Assembly: GCA_951406725.2 (NCBI GenBank)
Contig: OX597817.1
Coordinates: 171,740,001-171,804,000, forward strand
Direction of reading: 5' to 3'
Length of the DNA: 64,000 bases
Origin: Octopus vulgaris
Lineage: Eukaryota
Below the pieces are notes generated by a model. It did not search any database. It was not told where the DNA came from and was given only the letters and a program-made list of their open reading frames with translations. The position numbers and the translations under genes are program-made. Shown here piece by piece: positions 54,478 through 64,000 of the stretch (the first letter of the stretch is position 1; every line of letters starts with the position of its first letter).

Positions 54478-54710
54478 AAAGCGTGGGATGAAGTGGTGAA
54501 AAAGTGTGTCCGGACACTGAGACTCACCAAAGAAATGACTTGGGACCATGAGATGTGGCGATTTGCTCCACTTGACAAGACATGTCAAGCTAAGTATAGG
54601 CTGGTTCTTTCAGGTGTTGGTACCACTTAAAAAACACCTGTACCAGTGCTGCATAAATGCATCCATGCTGGTAGCATGTAAAAAGCACAGAGTACACTCA
54701 GTTAAGGGCA
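54478..54710 (+). mobile_element. RTE ORF2 end joined to the family E 3'UTR start
   Basis: KAWDEVVKK..LRLTKEMTWDHEMWRFA, then GGTAGCATGTAAAAAGCAC..GTACACTC matching the family E repeats. Confidence 0.65.
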
Positions 54711-54820
54711 GCGATTGGAGTCTGGACAACTTTGCTAACCAGCTCCATTTCAAAACCATCCAACTCACATAAAGAATCTCACATAAAGAATCTTGCAAAC
54801 AAATCCCAAAACGAAATATA

Positions 54821-54856
<36 letters not shown>

Positions 54857-54859
<3 letters not shown>

Positions 54860-55031
54860 AGAATTCCCCCCCAAAAAACAAAAGATGAAGAAAGGTGGTG
54901 TAGAAAACAAACAGATGTATTAGTATAACACTCAGGAATTGAAAAAGTCTTTTACGTTTCGAGCCTACGCTCTTCCACAGAAAGGAACACAGAAAGAAAC
55001 AAGGAGAGAAAGAAAATGTGTAGTGGCTACC

Positions 55032-55035
<4 letters not shown>
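54857..55035 (-). mobile_element. Short TA-embedded element with hammerhead-like motif (54949-54984)
   Basis: CUUU-CUGUGGA-A-GAGC GUAG GCUC-GAAA-CG-UA/AAAG; (TA)n on both sides; homologous to 57575-57760 and 61712-61916. Confidence 0.72.
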
Positions 55036-55080
<45 letters not shown>

Positions 55081-55137
55081 GTGCACACTCACACACACAT
55101 ATACACCCATATGTATAAATGTACTTCTGCACACTTC

Positions 55138-55172
<35 letters not shown>

Positions 55173-55202
55173 TGTATGTATGTATGTATGTATGTATGTA
55201 TG

Positions 55203-55233
<31 letters not shown>

Positions 55234-55600
55234 TAGTATATACGTATATATATATATATTGATACCATTGCAGATGGGTACTTTTAGCTATAAATAGCAC
55301 ATATGAAGATATGTACTATACAAGTACATGGAAATGATACTGCAAAGTCTATGATAAAAGATAATTGTTAAAACAAACAGACACACACACACACACACAC
55401 ACACACACAGCCATCTGCATATACCCACGCACAAAATAAATAAACAAATTAACAACCTTAATAAGATGAAAATATGCACCATAATCTTTAGTTTGAACTT
55501 ATAGCTCAGCTTTATTACTCAGTGTGTTATATCAGTACAGGATGCAATCCGACATTCATGTCTTCAGAGAAAAAAGGAATCAGACTGCATCTCTAACGCT

Positions 55601-56056
55601 ATCATCATCATCATCATTATCACCATCATCATAATCTTTCACTTCATCATCATCATCATCATCATCATTATCACCATCATCATAATCTTTCACTTCATCA
55701 TCATCATCATCATTATCCATTTCTCCTCCTCCTCCTCCTCCTCCTCCTCATCATCATCGCCATTGTCATCATTATTACCATCCTCATTATTCTTGTCTTC
55801 ATCATCATCAACCTTTTCTCCTCCATCATCTTTATCATCCTCATCATTAGCCTCGTCCTCCTCCTTATCATCATCATCATCATTATCATTATCATCGTTA
55901 TCTTCATCCTCCTTGCCCTCATCATCCTCCTCCTCATCATCATCATCATTATCCTCTGCCTCTCCTCCTACTCCTCATCATTATCCTTTGCCTTTCCACC
56001 TCCTTCTCCTCCTCCTCCTCCTCATCATCATCATCATCATCACCACCACCACCACT
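55601..56056. repeat. (CAT/CCT)n low-complexity tract with an internal duplication of about 55 bp
   Basis: ATTATCACCATCATCATAATCTTTCACTTCATCATC occurs twice. Confidence 0.9.
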
Positions 56057-57096
56057 GCTTCAGGCCCCACTTTCCCATGTGTGCATGGGTCAGATGGAAT
56101 TTGTTGAGGCAGATCTTCAATGACCAGGTGTCCTTCCTGTCACCAATCTTCACCTGTTTCCAAGCAAAGGTAACACCTTCTCCATGGCTGGATAATGATT
56201 TCATGGAACATTGGAAGCGAAGAACATTGTTGACAGCCATCAGGACATGTCGAAACGAGCAGACACAAAATGCAGCACATGCATAAACAGACATCCAAAC
56301 GCTGCACATTATCGCAAATTAACACATGCGCTTTACAAGCATGCAGCGGATGCATATCTCTTCTCCATCGGAGCTGGCTTGGAGCTGAACAACAAGAGAT
56401 GAATGTTTGAAAGCTTCGTGTACACCAAGGACACTTTTACCTTCAGAAAAGGCACCAAGAAAATTCCACACCTACACACATACACGCATACACACAAACA
56501 CACACACACAATCATACACATGCTTACATATATACATACATATATATATACAAACATACTCATGCATTCAGACACACACACACACACACAAAGCCATCTG
56601 CAACAACAAACAGTAGGCCGATTGTTTCACCCAAGACAGAAATCCTGGACTTTTGTTGATAGGGCATGCGTTATAGATGACCTCTCATTAGAGAAAGAGG
56701 GTGGGTAGAGATAGAAAGAGAGAGAGAGAGAGAGAGAGAGATAGTGGGAGGGAGATGGAGAGGTAGAGAGAGTAAAAGAGAGAGAGGAATTTTTCAGGTT
56801 GCCATACGTATAATTTTAGCTATTAAGATTACATCAAAAGATAAACTGTAGGTCTCTGTAGATGTAAAACCGTCTGCAACCCTTTTCAATAGAACTGTTG
56901 TTGTGCCAACTGAGAGAAGATGGATGGTAGACAAATCTACATTCTATCTATGTATGTTGGTATGGAACTGTATGTGGGCTGGTGTGTGTGTGTGTGTGTG
57001 CGCATGCATATATATGTGTTCATATATATATATATAGATATGTATGTGTGTGTGTGTTCATATATATATATATATATACATATATATATACACACA

Positions 57097-57146
<50 letters not shown>

Positions 57147-57197
57147 TATATGCATATGTATATTTTTGAGTGAGTGTGTATGCATGTGCACACACAC

Positions 57198-57557
57198 GTG
57201 TAGCTGTGTGGTAACAAGTGCACTTCCCAACCACATGGCTCTGGGTTCGGTTTCACTGCATGGCACCTTGAGCAGTTGTCTTTTTGTGCTGACCAAAGTC
57301 TTGTGAGTGGATTCTGTAGACAGAAACTGAATGAAACTGGTTGTGTATATGTTTGTGGGTTCTGTTTCTGTGTTTCTCCCTGCTTCCCACACCATCTGAA
57401 AACTGCTGTTGATGTGTATCCATTCCTATGACTTAGAGGTTCAGCAAAAGATATCCATAGAAGAAGTACAGGATTTTAAAAAAACAATTTAGTACTAAGG
57501 TCAATTTGTTCAACTAAAATCCTTTTCTCTAATGACTGAAACAAGTATAAAGTAAAA
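57198..57557 (+). mobile_element. SINE family A, diverged
   Basis: Head, body and tail motifs present. Confidence 0.8.
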
Positions 57558-57574
57558 AATACACACACACACAC

Positions 57575-57760
57575 TTCAAATTTACAGAAAATTAGACAAA
57601 GACAGGTGAGGGTACAACAAGTAGGTGTAATAGTTTGATGCTTGAGAAGAATGGAAAAGTCTTTGATGCTTCGAGCCTACACTCTTTGACAGAAATGGTT
57701 GAGAGGTAAAAAATGGAGAGAGAGAGAAAAAAAAAAGGAGAAAGAAAAAAATGTGCTGGT
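57575..57760 (-). mobile_element. Decayed copy of the hammerhead-bearing short element (motif at 57661-57695)
   Basis: UUU-CUGUCAA-A-GAGU GUAG GCUC-GAAG-CA-UC/AAAG; flanks homologous to 54857-55035. Confidence 0.62.
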
Positions 57761-57789
57761 ATTAACAATTCAACATGTTGAAAAATATA

Positions 57790-58111
57790 AGGTCATGAAT
57801 GCCCTTGGAATTGCACTTAGAAGGGTCCCCTCTGAGGCACAAGTCCAGGCAATATTGTTAATGAAAGACCAGCAGTCATCCATGCATACTAGTCTCCTCT
57901 CTCTACATTCACTGATGTTGTCCAAGGGAAAGGCAAAGGCCAATATGGCTTGGTACCAATGATAGCATAATCCATTTCTACAGCTGAGTGAACTGGAGCA
58001 ACATGAAAATAAAGTGTCTTACTCAAGAACACAACACATGGCCTGGTCCGGGAACTGAACTCTCTACTTCGTGATTGTGTGTCTGACACTCTAAACACTG
58101 AGCCATGTGCC
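57790..58111 (-). mobile_element. SINE family C
   Basis: Homologous to 48032-48270. Confidence 0.85.
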
Positions 58112-58155
58112 TTCACCTGAAATGCTTACATGTATATGAATGTATGTACATATAT

Positions 58156-58511
58156 TCACTGAAGCTCCGGCGTTTGGCGACGGACTTGGTAAACACCCAC
58201 AAAGTTATCAACCACCTCACCAACAACAACACTGAACACCTTTTTGATCTCCATGTGTCTAACACACGTGGACATGCCTACAAAGTCAGAAAACAACACA
58301 GCTCCCATGACTTTCGGAAACATTTTTTCACGCTCAGAGTTGCTGAAGCATGGAATAAACTGCCTGCGTCAGTTGTTGACTGCCATGACTCTGCATCTTT
58401 TAAGGCCCTCATGCTTTCCGAAATCCGCCGAAACTACACCTGATTATATATACACTTTAGATGAGTAGTAGTGCACCTGAGCACTGTACACAATTATTAT
58501 TATTATTATTA
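58156..58511 (+). mobile_element. CR1-clade LINE 3' end with (TTA)n tail
   Basis: SLKLRRLATDL..TRGHAYKVRK..RKHFFTLRVAEAWNKLPASVV, the classic CR1 ORF2 C-terminus. Confidence 0.9.
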
Positions 58512-58521
58512 ACATGTGTGT

Positions 58522-58557
<36 letters not shown>

Positions 58558-59674
58558 GCACATTTACACATTTGATTCTCTCTCTGAATTCTATTATGCA
58601 TGAAAGAACTGCTTTCGATATAAACTTATTTACTTATAAATATGGTTATGAATTTAAGCTTTGTTTTAATACATACAAAACACAAGTATCATATGTATAC
58701 TGATATAATACATATGTATAATAATAATATTCATTGAATACTTAAGTATTATATGTATTTGGGGAATAAGAAGCAGAGAAAGTGAGACAGAGACAGAGAG
58801 AAATACAGTTTTGAATATAAAGATGCTTGTGCAAAATAGCAAAGAATATTCATTCATATATATATAATTCATAGAATGATACAATAAAATAAAGAACATC
58901 TATGTTGTAAATATAGTTTTGTTTGACTAATCATCGATGTATCTGTCTGTCTCTTTGCTTATCTTCCTGTCTGTTTCTCTGTCTGTCTGAATATCTATCA
59001 TGACAGCTAAAATTTCGAAGTCACTGTCAGCCAATCTCTTGTATAGTAGTTTAGTAAACACGTACTCCATAAACACGTATTCTGTAATCCTTCTGTTTAA
59101 TGTTAACGTGTTTTTATACGTAACTTGATATAAAAACAAACATTAGTGTGTTTATATATATACATACACACACACAGTTGTATTTGGGGTTTCTTTCAGT
59201 TTCTGTCTACCATATCTAACTACAAAACTTTCCTGGGCCCAGGGCTACAGTAAACGACCCTGAATGAAAATGTCACACCTGGATACACTTGATCGAGAAG
59301 CCAGCCTCCTAACTACGCAGTCATGCTTGTAAGCTATTGTTTAAATATCTTAATACATTTAACTTGACTTCCAAAACCAGTGATTGCTTGTTTCCCATGC
59401 GTGCCCTATTTTTCTATGAACGAACATATTTTATGAGTCAACACATCACATACAAGACAATGACTAAAAGAACCAATCTAAGGGACATAACTCTAAACTC
59501 CAAAGGGGCCGCTTTGTTTCTTTGCGCTGTTCCAATTCTGAGTAAAATTAAGGTTCTTTTTATCTTATTTATTTTTTTACACGACGTCTTTGCTTTCTGA
59601 TCTCCAGAGAATTGTTTCTGATTTAGGCCTGAGACCCACAATTCGGAGGTGAGTGGTGGGGTTGAGTTGATACC

Positions 59675-59886
59675 ATGGGCTACTCGACCTGAAGAAAATT
59701 CTAACTGGACCCCACCTGCAAGGTCATGCACTGTTTATCTTAATATGAAATCACCATGTCATGCACATATGATTGTGATGCATGTGCCTGGTGTACCCTT
59801 ATCAGACGGGTAGTCATGATGGGTATACTGGGCTTCGTATATTTTACCCCAGTGTCACTTTGATGGCATGCACTGCTCTCTCACTC
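59675..59886 (+). mobile_element. Family F partial copy ending in (AAT)n
   Basis: Reverse-complement homolog of 22072-22282. Confidence 0.8.
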
Positions 59887-59896
59887 AATAATAATG

Positions 59897-59931
<35 letters not shown>

Positions 59932-60924
59932 CATAATACCTTATTTAGAAACAGGTAAGACCAGGTGACATTTAAGGGCATTAAGCCATAAAAAATCTGC
60001 CTCAACAAATTCCATCTGACACATGCAAGCATGGAAGAAGAGATGTTAAAATGATGATGATGATGATGATGGTGATGATGATAATGATGATGTTAATGAC
60101 GACAAAGATGATGAGGATCTTCATCCTCCTCATTATCATCATCTCTTTCGTACATTGATACATTGGGGCGGTATTGTTGACTTCCTTTGATTGTACATGA
60201 GTTAATTCTGAGTAAGCTTTTTGAGGAATAAATGCTAAATTACTTCATCCGGCTAACACAATAACTTTAATTAATTAATCGAGACTTTAACCGGATCCAA
60301 GAGAGGTAAACTTTGTTGAACAATGCTGAACAAAAACTAAATATAGACAAGGGAGATAGACAAAGGCAAAGGGGCCAAAAAAGAAAAATCAAAAACAAAC
60401 AATATATAAACTATTAATAACTTCTTTTTTTTTTTTCAAAAGTGTTGATGTACCAGAGTATTAATTAATTAATTAAAATTAGAAATAATTAATGCAGAGA
60501 GGAGAAAGAATGGAAATTAAATAGAGGTCAGATAACGAATGTTATTAAAACACACACAAGAGCCGCCAGAAATCAGATAATAAATGTAAAGCCACAGTTT
60601 ATAAAGGAAGAGATGGAAAGAAACTAACAGCCAAGCGGCAATAAAAGGAAATGCTTGTGTTGTATGTGGAATTTCAATAGCAGCTAAAATAGTTTTATAT
60701 GTTTCCTGGTGGTCTCTTAGATGTGGGCACAGGCATGGCTATAGGCAGGTGGCTTCCCAGTTATGTGCTTCTAGGCTTCTTGGTTCAATCCCACTGCATG
60801 GCACCTTGCAAGTGTCTTTTATCATAACCCTGGGCCAACTAAAGCCTTGTAAGGTGGATTTGGAAACTGAAAGAAGCTCATCGTATGGACGTTAAATGAT
60901 GGTGATGATACATATATATATATA

Positions 60925-60995
<71 letters not shown>

Positions 60996-61008
60996 GTGTA
61001 TACATACA

Positions 61009-61211
61009 GGCGGTTAGCTGGCAGAAACTTTAGCATGCTGGGTGAAATGCTTAGCGGTATTTTGTCTGTCTTTATGTTCTGAGTTCAAATTCTGTCGAGG
61101 TTGACTTTGCCTTTCATACTTTTGGGGTCAATAAATTAAGTACCTGTTGCATACTGGGATTGATCTAATCGACTGACCCCTTCACTCCCCTTGTGCCTAG
61201 AGTAGAAAAGA

Positions 61212-61212
<1 letters not shown>
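61009..61212 (+). mobile_element. SINE family D, full length
   Basis: Homologous to 46421-46635. Confidence 0.9.
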
Positions 61213-61242
<30 letters not shown>

Positions 61243-61711
61243 ATGTGCGTGTGTATGATCATAATCATTATTTGATGTCCATGTTCCATGTGAATACAGG
61301 TTGGAGAGACAAAAGAAAAACTAAGCCAGACTCTTTCACCAAAACCCCTCAGCAAATTCAATGTTTCCTTTTATCTTCATCATCTTCAAATGTCCATCTT
61401 CTAAGGTGGCATCAGTTGAATCGTCTAAACATGAGCTGATAGGTTTGAGAGCTGCATCATGTTCTAATATCTGCTTTGGTATGGTTTTATGGTTTGATGC
61501 CCTTCCAAATGCTAATTATTTTGCAGAGTATATTGGATGCTTTTTTTTTTTGCAGCACCAGCACCAGTGAGTTTACCATGCAGCTGGCAAGACTAAGCTG
61601 CATTTGTTAGTGCATGGGGTTACAATAGAGAGAAAAGCAGCTTAATTTTGAGCTCGATGTTATTCTTGATAAATATAATTAATCTAACCATTATATATAT
61701 ATATATATATA

Positions 61712-61916
61712 GTTAATCCAAACATGAACAATGGGAAACTACAACAACATGAGGATGTGGAACAAGTATAGTGTTATTGGACGCTCAGGAAAAGGAAAGA
61801 AAGAAGGAGGATTTAACGTTTTGAGTGGAGCTCTTCGTCAGAAACGTAGAAAAAGGAAAGGTCCAAGGAAGGGAAGATGGGGAAAGAAAATCGCCAACGA
61901 TACACATGCAGTCACA
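61712..61916 (-). mobile_element. TA-adjacent short element with decayed hammerhead (61812-61844)
   Basis: UUU-CUGACGA-A-GAG CUCCA CUC-AAAA-CGU-UA/AA; G12 lost, consistent with CpG decay; flank similar to 54906-54940. Confidence 0.62.
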
Positions 61917-62521
61917 TATACACACATATATAAAGACAGACAAACAAATAGATAGACAGGCAGATAGATAGATAGATAGATTATGGAAGTAAAATCTCCA
62001 TAATCCTGATAAAGGCTTTGGAGATATTTATGTATTAAAGGGACACTAATCACAAAACTGGCCTTATGATCATAAGCGCACACACGTACACAGTGAGTTC
62101 TGCTCCATTTGCATCAATTCAGCATCACTAGGGATTGGCTACTTTACTTCTATGATCAATACAGAGCAAACGAAGAGCAAGAGTATTGATTATAATTGAT
62201 TAATTTAAAGGGACAGTTCTTAGGTTTGTTTATTTTGTTTTTTGCCATTAAGATGTTTGTAAAATCTTTCCCTGGATAAGTCTATCTGGTAAACTAATTT
62301 TGATATTTACATGAACTGAAGTTTCTGTAATTAAGTATATAGCCTCAAAAAATGCAAAATGTAAGGTGGGCTTGAATTTAAAAGCTATGATTACTAATCA
62401 GAAACTAGATATAGTAGAATAGCCTACTGATGTCAACACCTACAGCTGAACTCCTAGACTTATATTCTTTCTTTTATTTGGAAAGGGGAATATTTCCTGA
62501 AATATTATAGGATCATTAAAT

Positions 62522-62883
62522 AATGTGCCCTTTTAAAGCCTAGCCAGGCTCATGGGCCCGGTTTCCCGGTTTCTATGGCGTATGTTTCCCAGTTTCTATG
62601 GCCTGGTCCAGGAATCGAAACCACAATCTTACGATCATGACGCTGACACACTAACCACTAAGCCATGTGCCTCCACAAAATAAATGTGCCCTTTTAAAGC
62701 CTATCCAGGCTCATGGGCCTGGTTTCCTGGTTTCTATGGCATATGTGTTCCCCAGCTGGACAGGATGCCAGTCTATTGCAGCGTTACTCATTTTTGCCAG
62801 CTGAGTGGACAGGAGCAACGTGAAATGAAGTGTTTTGCTCAAGAACACAATGTGTCGCCCGGTCCAGGAATCGAAACCACAAT
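62522..62883 (-). mobile_element. Two tandem partial family C SINEs with V-domain-like tail
   Basis: AATGTGCCCTTTTAAAGCCTA..TTTCTATGGC repeated at 62522 and 62682; the tail matches that of 6335-6612. Confidence 0.82.
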
Positions 62884-63654
62884 TTTAAACTGGAGTAAAC
62901 ATAAAACGGACACACACAAAACATGCACATTTAAATATACACACACATACACATGGATTCTCCACAGTTTTCTTCAACCAAACATCATTCTCATGATATT
63001 GACTGCTTTAATTTTGTAATTAAAACACTTCCAACACAAATAACAATAACAACACCAACGATAACAAAAATGGCAAGAGTAATAATTACAATGGATTAAT
63101 TCTGATTTATGTGTGAATGATTACGACAGACTCTTCATGACAAGTAAAATGTATGGACACTTATTTTTGTCCTCACGTTAGAGTCAAGCGGTAGCAAGAA
63201 ACATCCAGACATCTTTTTGCTTGGATAAGAGTATCACGGCTGTTGTAGATTTGAACCTGGTACTGTATGTTAAGTTCCCATCCCACCCCATCCCCTACCC
63301 TCCTTTTGTACCCTCATGAACTTACCTGCCCGCTAACCCTGTCTAGACTTTTGTTCCACTTCACTTACATAAATACACCTTTATGTAACCTTTATGAAGG
63401 TTGCCTCAACATGTCTTCACCGCATTCTCTCTTTCCTTCCTCTTTCTTTTTCCAACTGGGGTAGAAACGTATCTCTTGAACTGCAAGACATCTGTTTCTG
63501 CCCCTCTACCACACTCTAACCTCTCATCATCTGGCATAAAGCCACCTCCCTCAATACTACTCTCCTCTCACTCAAAGGGGCTTGTCTTACAAGTTACTTG
63601 GTGAACTCATGGATGATGCTGTCACATAAAAATAATAATAAAAACCTCCATTCT

Positions 63655-63812
63655 ACTCTGTAAAGTGTTTGGCATTAGGAAGGGCATCCAACTGTAGAAA
63701 CCATGTCAAAGTAAACAGTAGAACTTGGTGCATTCTTCTGGCTTGCCAGCTCCTGTTAAATTGTCCAACCCATACCAGCATGGAAAGCAGACAATAAGGG
63801 ATGAAAATGATG
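63655..63812 (+). mobile_element. RTE 3'UTR fragment (family E), degenerate
   Basis: TGGCATTAGGAAGGGCATCCAACTGTAGAAACC..CCAGCATGGAAAGCAGAC. Confidence 0.75.
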
Positions 63813-64000
63813 GAGATGAGTGTACTTGCTGCCTATGGTAATGATAATGAGGTCCACTTGACAATGTTGAGTATTTACAGTTTGGTGAACTGCACCGTTT
63901 ACAGTGAATCTTTTTACATGAAGTGATGTGATTCAAAAATCACAAATACCTTGCTCAGCCAACTCACATCCTAAAAGTTTCGGTTAGCAGTGGCAGTAGC

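Noticed and set aside
59685-59715. CTGAAGA in family F (also minus strand near 22263-22269)
   Set aside because: No stem II, GAAA or stem III arrangement downstream in either copy.

Overview
AT-rich eukaryotic DNA saturated with microsatellites and transposon relics. The SINE repertoire and composition suggest an octopod cephalopod (inference). No intact host protein-coding gene is visible; nearly all long ORFs are microsatellite translations or retroelement remnants. Contents: four tRNA-derived SINE families with swappable 3' tails, LINE fragments (RTE, CR1, L2/Crack-like, Dong/R4), a Penelope GIY-YIG relic, Helitrons, mariner and hAT MITEs, and a 1.3-kb (TAA)n array. Main hidden signal: several short non-coding elements, mostly sitting inside (TA)n tracts, carry type I hammerhead ribozyme folds. 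One is essentially canonical (50597-50660), one is minimal with a palindromic stem III (14150-14227), and one subfamily has a non-canonical CUGUNGA core (54949, 57661). Together they suggest a Penelope/retrozyme-like, TA-microsatellite-associated system. Also notable: a recursive-splice-site-like AG|GTAAGT motif with a 55-nt stop-containing exon on the minus strand (41883-41964), a LINE/SINE pair sharing a 3' stem-loop, and two long perfect hairpins. All structures were read by eye and none is experimentally or computationally verified. Repeat boundaries are approximate unless TSDs or TIRs are quoted.
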